From Pyrinomonadales bacterium (GTDB lineage: Bacteria; Acidobacteriota; Blastocatellia; Pyrinomonadales; Pyrinomonadaceae): DNA of 61,966 nt. Of the stretch, positions 38,024-47,624 are shown piece after piece. Under the pieces are notes generated by a model. It did no database searches. It had not been told where the DNA came from and saw only the letters and a program-made list of their open reading frames with translations. A program made the position numbers and the translations under genes. How positions within the stretch are numbered: the first letter of the stretch is position 1; every line of letters starts with the position of its first letter. Location of the stretch: assembly GCA_038212235.1 (NCBI GenBank), contig JBBQUS010000032.1, positions 1 through 61,966 on the forward strand. Direction: 5' to 3'.

Positions 38024-38557
38024 TTAAAAAATTGAAAAGTGTTTGAGCAGAGAACGCTTTTCAGTGTGCGGAGCAATTTCAAGAAGAGAGGTTTTGTTTC
38101 TCGAAGCAACTTTATCGCCATGCTGTAAAAAGCCGGTATAGCGTTCGACATCGCCTTGATAAATGCTGACGATTTCAGTTTCGATAAGGTAATTTTGCAC
38201 CGAGCTGTGCATTTCAATCATTTGAAATTGTTTGGCCAGCACCGTCATTCGAACTCTGCCGTTTGGCATCTCCAGCACGAGTTTGAGGGTTTTCTGTTCG
38301 CCGCCATGTCCGACCAGATGATAATCGCCAAGCCGAATAAAAGGAACAATAAACGCAACCGCGTTTTTGCTGATGTCCTGCGTTTGGCCTGTTACGGTCA
38401 GAGGTTTGGATGAAGCTTGATGCACATTCTGAGTTTTGTCGCCTGCAAAATCGAGAGAAATATTCACAGGCACATTGATTTGCCGGTGCGGGTCGCTCGA
38501 AAATCTGCCGACGAGTTTTTTTAGAAGCGCCGCTATAGAACGGAATTTCTTGAACAT
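38024..38557 (-). CDS. Hypothetical protein, possibly PilZ-like
   Basis: The N-terminal HRQINVPVNISLDFAGD loosely resembles the RxxxR...(D/N)xSxxG PilZ signature. Weak. Confidence 0.3.
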   Translation of the reverse strand: MFKKFRSIAALLKKLVGRFSSDPHRQINVPVNISLDFAGDKTQNVHQASSKPLTVTGQTQDISKNAVAFIVPFIRLGDYHLVGHGGEQKTLKLVLEMPNGRVRMTVLAKQFQMIEMHSSVQNYLIETEIVSIYQGDVERYTGFLQHGDKVASRNKTSLLEIAPHTEKRSLLKHFSIF

Positions 38558-38699
38558 TTGTTTTGCCTTTTTGCTAAAGAGAATAAAAGGAAACTTCAGG
38601 GGCAAATAAAATCTTACTAAAAAAATCACTAGGAATGCAAGTTAAATATAATCAGCCAAAGGGGTTTGCCTAACAATCGTCTAAAACACTGAATTAATC

Positions 38700-39572
38700 C
38701 TAGTTTTTGGAACCAAGCGGCTGGCCGTTTTTATCGTCTTTTTGAACGCGCGGTCCGGTTTTCACGTCACCGCTTGTCAATAAAAATGAGAGTTTGCCGG
38801 TTTTTCCGTATTGCACCGGTTCCGCATTAACCGTGTATTTTTTCTTGTCCCCGGATATTTGCGAGGTAAACCGATAGCCCATCAAATTAGCATCCAAAAT
38901 TTCAGAGGAAAGTAGCTTTTCTTTAGTTAGAGCTTGCAGATCGGCATACTCGCCTTTGTGCTGAAGATTGTAAACAAGCTCGGCTTTGATGATTTCCCTC
39001 ATCGTATCCTCGATGTCGGCGTGTCGTGTTTCGATTCGAAGTTTAAAAAAATAATTGGCTCCTTCGCATTTGGCCATCTCTTCGGTTTCCTGATCGCCGG
39101 TCAAAATTATCCAGGCGTTGTTTTCGCGGCGCATTTTTACTTCATCAATTTTTAGCTCGCCGGTTAAAGGATCGTTGGCTTTGACAAAAACGCTGGCCAG
39201 ATTGCTGCTGATTTGCTCGCCGTTGATCTCAATTTTCTCGGGTACTCGCGATGCCATCGGCTCGAAATCAGGAGTTAAATCCGCCATCTCCGCCGCCGAG
39301 AGTTTCTCGACCGCCGAACTTAAATTAGTCATCATCAGAGCATCGCGGAACCGACGCTCGCGCATCGCTTTATAAAATTCCTGGACGGTACTCGTCGGCG
39401 AATCACTCTTCGTCGTTGTTGGAGTTACTGCCGGCAATTGAGCGGCCCCGGTGTTGGGCTGAGTTTGCGCAATGGCGGGGGCTGCCGAACAAAAGAGAAA
39501 TATAGTTAGAATCGAGGCTGCAAGCGCACTCCGATACGGAAAAGTGAAACGCAGTAAAAAATTAAACATCAA
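38700..39572 (-). CDS. Secreted hypothetical protein (290 aa)
   Basis: Signal peptide ...AAPAIAQ. No motif recognised. Confidence 0.5.
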   Translation of the reverse strand: MMFNFLLRFTFPYRSALAASILTIFLFCSAAPAIAQTQPNTGAAQLPAVTPTTTKSDSPTSTVQEFYKAMRERRFRDALMMTNLSSAVEKLSAAEMADLTPDFEPMASRVPEKIEINGEQISSNLASVFVKANDPLTGELKIDEVKMRRENNAWIILTGDQETEEMAKCEGANYFFKLRIETRHADIEDTMREIIKAELVYNLQHKGEYADLQALTKEKLLSSEILDANLMGYRFTSQISGDKKKYTVNAEPVQYGKTGKLSFLLTSGDVKTGPRVQKDDKNGQPLGSKN

Positions 39573-39789
39573 TCATTACTCCAAACTTTAAACGGAATTT
39601 TAAAGACGTGTGTGAGCGCAAATTAAAAGCGCGGCGTGCTTCGTCTGAGTATAACGCACCGCGCTCTTTGATGTACAACAAAAAATTTCAAGTTGCTTTA
39701 GTTTGATAACGTTGCGGCGCAGTTAAATCCGCCTGGATCTTTTCGTTCAGCTTTAATCCAATGTTTTCAGGCGTTTTTCTGTTTTATGA

Positions 39790-39835
39790 AAAAATTAAAG
39801 CCGTTTGCGAGCCGCAGCCCAAAACGGCTTTTAAA
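39790..39835 (-). terminator. Rho-independent terminator downstream of the OPT transporter gene
   Basis: aaagccgttt-gcgagccgcagccc-aaacggcttt followed by a T run on the minus strand. Confidence 0.6.
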
Positions 39836-39860
39836 TTCATCGTTTTTTTAACGAATTTAG

Positions 39861-42248
39861 TTAGCTTGCCTTCTTGCCAGTCAGCAGCAACTCGCGTCCG
39901 ACGTAGTATAAAATCAGCGCCAGCACCCAGAAGGGAATCATCCCGAGCCAATCTGCGTTGGGGCCGTCAAAAAACGGGTTGCCGGTTTCCGCCCATTTTT
40001 TAAAACTCTCTTGAACGGCTGCCAAAGCGGGAATGACTGCAAAAAATGCCACTAAGATTCCGGCGATAGCACCGCCCGCGATGTAACCCGAAGCGAGCAA
40101 TACGCCGTTGGATTTGTCGGTTTCGGCGACAATTTGTTCTTCGGTTAGACTTTGCCCCGCCAGTTTACGTTTGAGATAAAGATCAACCGCCCAGCGCACC
40201 ACGCCGCCGACAAAAATCGGCGCGCTGGTTGAAATCGGCAGATAAAGCCCAACCGCAAAAGCCAACGCCGGAACGCTCGCCAGTTCAAGCGCGACGGCAA
40301 TCAACGCACCGATCAACACTAAACCCCAAGGCAATTGCTGGCTCAAAATTCCTTTGATGATGTATGACATCAAAGTCGCTTTCGGCGCGTCGTAGCGTTC
40401 GAGAGCATTGCCTTCTTCGTCTTTTTTGAGCGCTCCGTTGATGGTCGGATCAACCAGATAAACAGGTTTGCCCTGATTATTAATGAGATATTTGCCGACT
40501 GCGCCAATGTTTGGATCGGTGTTGTGCCAAACCCGGTAAGCGCTGGTATCGGTGGCAGCGTATTTACCGACTTTGACGTGTTCCGAACGCAGTTCGCCGC
40601 CGTCTCTGGCCAGTTGGTCTTCGCGAACGGTAAAATCCGCCGATTTAAACGACGCCACCGGATCAACTTTTTGATAATAAGTTTTGGCGTCGTTCAAAAA
40701 TAACAGCAAGGGGCCGAGCACCAGTGCCGACGCCAGCGCGCCGACGAGAATGGCGATTTGCTGCTTGCTCGGAGTCGAACCGACTAGGAAACCGGTTTTT
40801 AAATCCTGTGAAGTTGTCCCGCCGTTTGAAGCAGCGATGCAAACGATGCCGCCGACCGACAGAGCCGTGACAAAATACGGATCGGGAGCCGTCCAGCCGA
40901 TTAACAGAAAAATCAAACAGGTAAAGAGCAAGGTCGCGACCGTCATGCCCGAAATCGGGTTGGAGGACGAGCCGACTTCGCCGGTCAGCCGCGAAGAAAC
41001 CGTGACGAATAAAAATCCGAAGACGACAATAAAAAGCGCTCCGATAAAACCGACTTTGAGCGTCGGGATAAATGAAATCACCGCCACCAGAGCCAAAATC
41101 CCGATGATGACATATTTCATCGAAATGTCCCGGTCGGTGCGGGGAAGCGCCGCGCCTGTCTCGGTTGTCCCGCCGCCGCGCAAATCCGCTAAACCGGATT
41201 GCAAACCGTGCCAGATGGTCGGCATTGAACGCGCCAGACTGATGATTCCGCCCGCCGCCACCGCGCCCGCGCCGATGTATAAAATATATGCGCTGCGGAT
41301 TTGTCCGGGACTCATCGAAGCGATGGTGTTGGTCAGTTCCGGCGCAAGCGGCGTGGTCAATCCGGCTCCGAAATATTTGATCATCGGAATTAAAACCATA
41401 TACGACAAAACGCCGCCCGCCATCATGATTCCGGCGATGTAAGGCCCGATGATATAGCCGACGCCGAGCAGTGCCGGGTTGTTTTCAAGCGAAATCGAAC
41501 CGCCCTTGAGCGTCGTGTCGCTAAACTGTTTTTCAGGCGTATCTTTCCAAAAGCTAAAAACCTGCATCAGGGCGTTGTAAGCAAAACCCACTGCGAAACC
41601 GATGGAGATGATCTTGCCACCCTGCAATGCCGAATCGTCGGTGGCAATCGCGACTTCCGAATATTGGCGAGCGACGGCGCGCGATTCGGCGGATGCTCCG
41701 GCTTTTAAGACTTCGGCGCAGGCCGTTCCCTCCGGATATTTTAAAAATCCGTGCTGGTCTTTGATAAGCGCGCGGCGCAGCGGAATCATCATAAAAATCC
41801 CCAAAAGTCCGCCCAAAACCGCGACCATCATGACCCGCCAAAAATCGAGATCAAAACCTAAAATCAAAATCGCGGGCATCGTCACGCCAACCCCGAACGC
41901 AATTGATTCGCCCGCGCTCCCCGCCGTTTGCACGACGTTATTTTCGAGAATCGTCGCGTCTCGCATCCCGAATTTTGAAAGCAGACGAAAGAGCGTGATC
42001 GAAATTACGGCGACGGGAATTGAGGCGCTGACCGTCAGTCCGGTTTTGAGCACGAGATAGAGCGACGACGCGCCGAAAACAATGCCGAGCAAAGTGCCGA
42101 CGAGTAGGGGAATCGGCGTCAGTTCACGCATCGCGACACCCGCCGGAATGTATGGGCGAAACACGGAAAGATATGGATTTGCGGATTTTTCGGCTTCTAC
42201 GCGTTCGCCCGCCGCAAACGGCGTGTCAACCTCGATTTGGCTTGCCAT
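39861..42248 (-). CDS. OPT-family oligopeptide transporter with a soluble insert of about 100 aa
   Basis: About 16 TM helices. FLKYPEGTACAEVLKAG OPT signature. 795 aa. Confidence 0.75.
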   Translation of the reverse strand: MASQIEVDTPFAAGERVEAEKSANPYLSVFRPYIPAGVAMRELTPIPLLVGTLLGIVFGASSLYLVLKTGLTVSASIPVAVISITLFRLLSKFGMRDATILENNVVQTAGSAGESIAFGVGVTMPAILILGFDLDFWRVMMVAVLGGLLGIFMMIPLRRALIKDQHGFLKYPEGTACAEVLKAGASAESRAVARQYSEVAIATDDSALQGGKIISIGFAVGFAYNALMQVFSFWKDTPEKQFSDTTLKGGSISLENNPALLGVGYIIGPYIAGIMMAGGVLSYMVLIPMIKYFGAGLTTPLAPELTNTIASMSPGQIRSAYILYIGAGAVAAGGIISLARSMPTIWHGLQSGLADLRGGGTTETGAALPRTDRDISMKYVIIGILALVAVISFIPTLKVGFIGALFIVVFGFLFVTVSSRLTGEVGSSSNPISGMTVATLLFTCLIFLLIGWTAPDPYFVTALSVGGIVCIAASNGGTTSQDLKTGFLVGSTPSKQQIAILVGALASALVLGPLLLFLNDAKTYYQKVDPVASFKSADFTVREDQLARDGGELRSEHVKVGKYAATDTSAYRVWHNTDPNIGAVGKYLINNQGKPVYLVDPTINGALKKDEEGNALERYDAPKATLMSYIIKGILSQQLPWGLVLIGALIAVALELASVPALAFAVGLYLPISTSAPIFVGGVVRWAVDLYLKRKLAGQSLTEEQIVAETDKSNGVLLASGYIAGGAIAGILVAFFAVIPALAAVQESFKKWAETGNPFFDGPNADWLGMIPFWVLALILYYVGRELLLTGKKAS

Positions 42249-42444
42249 TGGCTTTTAAACCCTCCAAAGTTCTTTGAATTAAAAGGGAGAATGACGGTTT
42301 GTGACACTCGCGTTAATTTAACTTTTCAAGTGGAAAATAAGCAAGTTGAACCCGTTATTCGCCGGGAAAAGTCATCGTTAAGGATTATTCTCGCAAAACT
42401 TAAACTTTCGTCCGGATTCAGCACCTAACAATTAAAATTAATAA

Positions 42445-44274
42445 TTATGGAATATCTTCCGAAGCCAGCAAACCCGCCGGAACCAGCAGCTCGCCGCTCG
42501 CCGGGTCAATAATTCCGTTGGTTTCCTCTTCGATGCTGGTCGCCTGCGTGTAAACATCGCCGGCAATCGGACGACGCCGTAATTCGCGTTTAAAGGCTCT
42601 GATTCGGACAGCCTTTTCGCTTTCCTCACCGGGGCCGCCGTAATTTGAAAACCCGAAGCCGCCCCATTCGCTAATCACAAGCGGATTTTGTCCGCTGTAA
42701 AAATACGGATCGCCGACAATCAGCGGCTGCGCCGTCACGCCTTCGGTTTCTCCGGCGACCAAACGGTCGAGCGACGATTCCCACGTTTCCAAATCAGGCG
42801 TGTAAACGTGCGCGGTCAAGAGATTTGATTTCAGGCGTCCGCCCTGCGAAACGTGATTCCAGCCGTCGTTATCAACAATCAAGCACTGCGGCATATTGAG
42901 CCGCATATAATCGTACGTCGCAGCGATGTAGCGGCGCGTTTCGGCATTGGTGCGAATGTCTTCCGCGCCCCAATCTTCGTTATACAAACTCCAAATGACG
43001 ATTGACGGGTGCGAGGCGATAAAGACCAGCATTCGCTGCAGCTCAGCCCAGTGATTATCGCGGCTGACCGGCGTCGAACTGTGCGGCGAAGGAATCTCCA
43101 CCCACAACAGCATTCCCATTTGGTCGGCCAAATCATAGAGTCGCGGATCAATTCCGGCAATATGGACGCGGACGAGATTGCACCCCAATCGTTTCATCGC
43201 AAAGAAATGCCGTTTAATTTCCTCAAAAGTTGAAACGCCCGGTTGATATAAAATTCCGTCCAGATAAATTGGCTCGTGATTAAGATAGATGCGACGCCCG
43301 CGAGCCGAAATTTTACGCATCCCAAACTGCGTCTCAATTCCGGTGACGTTGCCGTTTGGGGCAATTAACTCGGCATGAAGATGATAAAGATTGGGTGATT
43401 CGGGCGACCACAGTTTGGCATCAGGAATTTGCAGCGGAACGCGCTGAACCTGTTCACCCGCTGTCAGTTTTAAATCAAACTCGGCGTGGACAGGCGGCGC
43501 GTTATGATCAGGGTTGTTTTCATGCGGGGTGACGGCCAAACTCAATTTGTACAAGCCCGGTTCGTGGATGCGCGGCGTCAAGTCAAATTCGACCAGCCGG
43601 TCACGAATGCTCGACAAAACCGCGACTCGTGACCGCAGACGATTGCGCCCCACCGGTTCAATCCACAGACTGCGAACCGCGCCGGAAATTGTTTGATACC
43701 AGATTCCGCCTTGTTTATAAACGCGCGAAGCCTGTTTGCCGCGTGGAATCTGCTCATCGAGTGGGTCTGCGACGCGGATCGTCAAACGGTTAACGGGCTG
43801 CAAATATTCGGGCGGCAGTTCGTAGGAAAACGAATTGTATTCGCCCAAATGAACTTCTTCGCCTTCGATTGTTTTGAGCAGAAATCCGTTGAGCCAAACA
43901 CGCGTTTCATAACCGCACGCGCCAAAAGTGAGCTGCGTCAGACAATCGGGCAAAGAACACCAGGCGTCGGAAACGCTAAATTCGCGTTCGTACCACGCGA
44001 CCGCATCGCTGAGAGATAAATTCGCAGCTTCTTTTTTGGCGGCAATCAAATAAGATTCGATTGAGCCGGGAAAACGCGCCATCTCTTTGTAATCATGGTG
44101 AACATTCCAGTGTTCTGCCAGCCCGCGATTTTCCGTGTCAAGCTCAAAATGCCACTCGCCGTCAAGCAATTGAAACGGCGTCCGGCGCAAAACAGAACGC
44201 GGCAGCGGATTGAATTCATCAAAAACAACATTCGAATCGGGGCGGTCAACTGGTAAATCTGAATTGTTTGTCAT
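42445..44274 (-). CDS. Glycoside hydrolase family 2 (beta-galactosidase/beta-mannosidase-like)
   Basis: GH2 TIM-barrel blocks NLVRVHIAG...WSLYNEDWG. Immunoglobulin-like/sugar-binding N-terminal domains. Confidence 0.7.
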   Translation of the reverse strand: MTNNSDLPVDRPDSNVVFDEFNPLPRSVLRRTPFQLLDGEWHFELDTENRGLAEHWNVHHDYKEMARFPGSIESYLIAAKKEAANLSLSDAVAWYEREFSVSDAWCSLPDCLTQLTFGACGYETRVWLNGFLLKTIEGEEVHLGEYNSFSYELPPEYLQPVNRLTIRVADPLDEQIPRGKQASRVYKQGGIWYQTISGAVRSLWIEPVGRNRLRSRVAVLSSIRDRLVEFDLTPRIHEPGLYKLSLAVTPHENNPDHNAPPVHAEFDLKLTAGEQVQRVPLQIPDAKLWSPESPNLYHLHAELIAPNGNVTGIETQFGMRKISARGRRIYLNHEPIYLDGILYQPGVSTFEEIKRHFFAMKRLGCNLVRVHIAGIDPRLYDLADQMGMLLWVEIPSPHSSTPVSRDNHWAELQRMLVFIASHPSIVIWSLYNEDWGAEDIRTNAETRRYIAATYDYMRLNMPQCLIVDNDGWNHVSQGGRLKSNLLTAHVYTPDLETWESSLDRLVAGETEGVTAQPLIVGDPYFYSGQNPLVISEWGGFGFSNYGGPGEESEKAVRIRAFKRELRRRPIAGDVYTQATSIEEETNGIIDPASGELLVPAGLLASEDIP

Positions 44275-44518
44275 ATTTCTGAATTTTCGTAACCTTACTT
44301 GATTTAATAAAAAAAACGCAATCTCAAAAATCAATTTTCTCGGTTAAAAATAGGATGAATGGAATCGTCATTTTCTCGGCAAACAAAATATTTTGAAAAA
44401 CGCTGCGAAATGTTTGCGATTGGTTGAAAATAATTTGCCTCCCGCCAGCTTATTTGGATGGAGCATTTTCCTCGGTTCTAAGTTAAAATCAGCAGCAATT
44501 TCGAGGAGCTTAAATTAA

Positions 44519-46795
44519 ATGCCAATTTCGTCGCGGTTGTTATCTGTAATCTGGCTTTTGGCTCTGACTTTTTCCGTTGCCGCTCAAAATAAGATTCCCG
44601 CGCCCGCCGATGTTTTGGGTTTTGCGCCCGGTGACGACCGAAAATTGGCGAGCTGGAATCAGGTCGTGAGCTATTTTCAAAAACTCGATGCAGCGAGCAA
44701 TCGGGTAAAATTTGAGGAAATCGGCAAATCAACGGGCGGCAACCCGTTTGTCGTCGCTTACATTTCCGCCACGGAAAATTTGGCGCAGCTGGAAAAGTAC
44801 CGGCAAATCAACGCCAAACTCGCCGATCCGCGCACTTTTAAGAGCAGCGACGCGGCTGCCAAACAATTAATCCAAACGGGCAAAACCATTGTTTTGATAA
44901 CCTGCGGAATTCATTCGGACGAAGTCGGCTCGTATCTCTCGTCAATGCTGATCGCTCACAAATTGGCGTCGTCAAACGAGGCGGAAATTCAAAAAATCCT
45001 GCGCGAAACGATTGTGATTCTGGTTCCGTCGCTTAATCCGGACGGCGTGGACATCATCAAAAACTGGTACGACAAAACACTCGGGACGCCGTTTGAAGGC
45101 ACAGACCCGCCAGAGCTTTACAACAAATATACCGGGCACGACGACAACCGGGATTGGTACGCTTTTACGCAAACGGAAACGCAGCTCACGGTTGATAAAA
45201 TTCACAACGTCTGGCATCCGCAAATTGTCAACGACATCCACCAGCGCGGCCCGTTCGGTTCGCGCCTGTTTCTGCCGCCGTACATGCAGCCCGTCGAGCC
45301 GAATGTGCCGAAAGAAATTATCGAAGGCTACACCGAGCTTGGCAGTTACATCGCGACGGAAATGCGCGGGCGCGGGTTTCAGGGAATCACGACCGATTCG
45401 ACTTACGACGCCTGGACGCCCGCCAGAGCGTATTCGCATTATCACGGCGGCGTCCGAATTTTGTCTGAGACTGCTTCGTGCAGACTGGCGACTCCGATCA
45501 ACGTTAATTTTAATCAGCTAAGCGGGAATGACAACGGCATCGGTTACGACGCCAAAGTCGAATCAAAAAACTTTTCACCCGTTTGGAAAGGCGGCGAATG
45601 GCATCTGCGCGACATTACCAATTACATGACAACCGCCGCGTTTCTGCTGATGAAACACGCCGCCGACAACCGCGAAAAATGGCTGACCAGATTTTATGCG
45701 ATTGGCAAAGAAGCAATTAGACCGAGAAGAAACGGAGAACTATCTGGATTTTTATTACCACCTTTTGAAGGTAATTTAGAAGAAATTTTAGAGCGCGGCG
45801 GTTTGAAATTAATTGATACCGATAGCGGTATTTTGGTTAAAATGCAACAGCCTTACGGTGGGTTTGCCAAAGCTTTGCTTGAAAAACAAATTTATCCAAA
45901 TTTAAAAGATCAAAAGGGAAATCCAACTCCGCCTTACGATACCACGGCACATACATTACCACTTCTTCTTGGCGTTGAAGTAGAAAAGGTTTTTGTACCT
46001 TACAGATATGGAGGAAACAGTGGTGGTCGTAGTAATGATAATCTGCCTTGCAAAAAACATAATGAGGGAAATGCAATTTACAAATCACATATTCCTTCGA
46101 TAGATGAGGGTTGGACTCGTTGGGCTTTAGAAGACAAAGAACTGCCGCCCCATTGTTTCAGTATTGCTTCCACCAATAATTCAGAAATTTTCAAAGGAAA
46201 CCTCTTTCTCAAACTTAAAACAATCATCTTTCCCGATCAATCACCGAACCAAATCCTAAATGGTTTTCCAAAAGGCTCAATGCCCGACGAATACACGGGC
46301 GGTGTTGGCAGAGACGGCGTGGAAAATTTACGGAAATTTGTCGAAGCGGGCGGCACGCTTGTTTTCCTCAATCGCGCTTCGGATTTCGCCATCGAACAAT
46401 TCAATCTGCCCGTTCGCGATGTGACAAAAGGCTTGGCGCGCAAAGATTTTTATATTCCCGGCTCGATTTTGCGCACCCGACTCGACACAAATAATCCGCT
46501 TGCAAAAGGAATGGCGAAAGAATCAATCGCGTGGTTTGAAAACTCGCCCGCGTTTGAGATTTCAATGAGCCGCGACACAAACGTCGAAATTATTGCTTCG
46601 TACCCGACCAATCCGAAAGACATTCTGCTGTCGGGCTGGGCTTTAGGCGCTGAGAAAATTGCGGGCAAAGCGGCGCTGATCTCAATCAGCATCGGCCAAG
46701 GTAAAATAGTTTTGTTCGGGTTTAGACCGCAGTATCGGGGTCAATCTCTGGCAACATTCCCGCTTTTGTTTAATGCGATTACGGATAATAAATAA
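44519..46795 (+). CDS. Secreted M14-family zinc carboxypeptidase with a large C-terminal extension
   Basis: Signal peptide. HSDE zinc motif (GIHSDEVGS). 758 aa. Contains an AT-rich in-frame patch at about 45.72-46.26 kb. Confidence 0.65.
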   Translation: MPISSRLLSVIWLLALTFSVAAQNKIPAPADVLGFAPGDDRKLASWNQVVSYFQKLDAASNRVKFEEIGKSTGGNPFVVAYISATENLAQLEKYRQINAKLADPRTFKSSDAAAKQLIQTGKTIVLITCGIHSDEVGSYLSSMLIAHKLASSNEAEIQKILRETIVILVPSLNPDGVDIIKNWYDKTLGTPFEGTDPPELYNKYTGHDDNRDWYAFTQTETQLTVDKIHNVWHPQIVNDIHQRGPFGSRLFLPPYMQPVEPNVPKEIIEGYTELGSYIATEMRGRGFQGITTDSTYDAWTPARAYSHYHGGVRILSETASCRLATPINVNFNQLSGNDNGIGYDAKVESKNFSPVWKGGEWHLRDITNYMTTAAFLLMKHAADNREKWLTRFYAIGKEAIRPRRNGELSGFLLPPFEGNLEEILERGGLKLIDTDSGILVKMQQPYGGFAKALLEKQIYPNLKDQKGNPTPPYDTTAHTLPLLLGVEVEKVFVPYRYGGNSGGRSNDNLPCKKHNEGNAIYKSHIPSIDEGWTRWALEDKELPPHCFSIASTNNSEIFKGNLFLKLKTIIFPDQSPNQILNGFPKGSMPDEYTGGVGRDGVENLRKFVEAGGTLVFLNRASDFAIEQFNLPVRDVTKGLARKDFYIPGSILRTRLDTNNPLAKGMAKESIAWFENSPAFEISMSRDTNVEIIASYPTNPKDILLSGWALGAEKIAGKAALISISIGQGKIVLFGFRPQYRGQSLATFPLLFNAITDNK

Positions 46796-46890
46796 ATGTA
46801 GAACTTTCCGTTTTGTTTTTCGTAATTTAATTTAACGAGGCTTGAAAATTTAATTTTGAGAAATTCTTTTTTCAAGCCGCTGGTGCCAAA

Positions 46891-47547
46891 ATGGTTGCCG
46901 TCCTTTCGATTTCCTTCATTGCAATCGCCGTCCTGATCGTTTACACGATTGGGCGGCGACTTTTCTATGACGAGCCGGAAAGCCAAACTCGCTTGCAGCC
47001 GCTTAAACCCGTCACACTCTTTGCCCCCGACGCAAAATTGCTGGCGGAAATCGAACAAGCGGAGCATTACCGGAAAGCTGCGGAAGAAAGCGAAAGAGTA
47101 ATGGCTTGGGCAAGTCTGGTCAAGTTTTCGGAATTGAAGGAAATACCTCTTACTGAAAATAAAGAAATAGCAAATGATTCGCTCGAAATCTTGACCGACC
47201 GCGCCGAATTGAGCGAAGATGTGCTCGCGCTCAGTTCGTTTGTCGTCAACCATAAAACGTTAAATGTAAACCAAAAACTCATCAACAAGTTTCAAATCTG
47301 TTGGGAAAACGCGCCCGATCTGCAAAAGACAACCGAATTTTTCGAACTGGCTCTGCGCGCCGACGACGCCGATTTATTTCAAAGCGTTTTTAACGAATCC
47401 GAGCGATTGATCACAAACGGTAAATTGTCTGATTTGGATTTGAACGAACTTCGCGAATTGGCAGCCAGTCATTTTTGGCTGCTTTCATCAAGCGCCAGAA
47501 TGTCCGGCGCTGGCTTTTGGCTCAAACAAAAGCTTAATTACAGTTAA
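46891..47547 (+). CDS. Hypothetical membrane-anchored protein (218 aa)
   Basis: N-terminal TM helix. No motif recognised. Confidence 0.45.
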   Translation: MVAVLSISFIAIAVLIVYTIGRRLFYDEPESQTRLQPLKPVTLFAPDAKLLAEIEQAEHYRKAAEESERVMAWASLVKFSELKEIPLTENKEIANDSLEILTDRAELSEDVLALSSFVVNHKTLNVNQKLINKFQICWENAPDLQKTTEFFELALRADDADLFQSVFNESERLITNGKLSDLDLNELRELAASHFWLLSSSARMSGAGFWLKQKLNYS

Positions 47548-47575
47548 CAGTCAGCAGTTAGCAGTCAACAGATTT
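47538..47575. repeat. CAGTTAACAG-family heptamer repeats abutting a stop codon
   Basis: ttacagttaacagtcagcagttagcagtcaacag. The TAA stop of the upstream gene lies within the first unit. Confidence 0.85.
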
Positions 47576-47624
47576 AAGTGAAACTTTTGGCTGAAAATGT
47601 TGGCGAAATCAAAGGAAATCATCA

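Noticed and set aside
38557-38629. N-terminal 24 codons of ORF 38024..38629 (MIFLVRFYLPLKFPFILF…)
   Set aside because: Hydrophobic and oddly composed. The internal Met (MFKKF…) gives a more plausible start, so the upstream part is treated as non-coding.
39630-39668. Second hairpin GCGCGGCGTGC…GCACCGCGC in the OPT downstream region
   Set aside because: Imperfect stem with a weak U-tract. The terminator at about 39790-39835 is much better. Kept only as a note.
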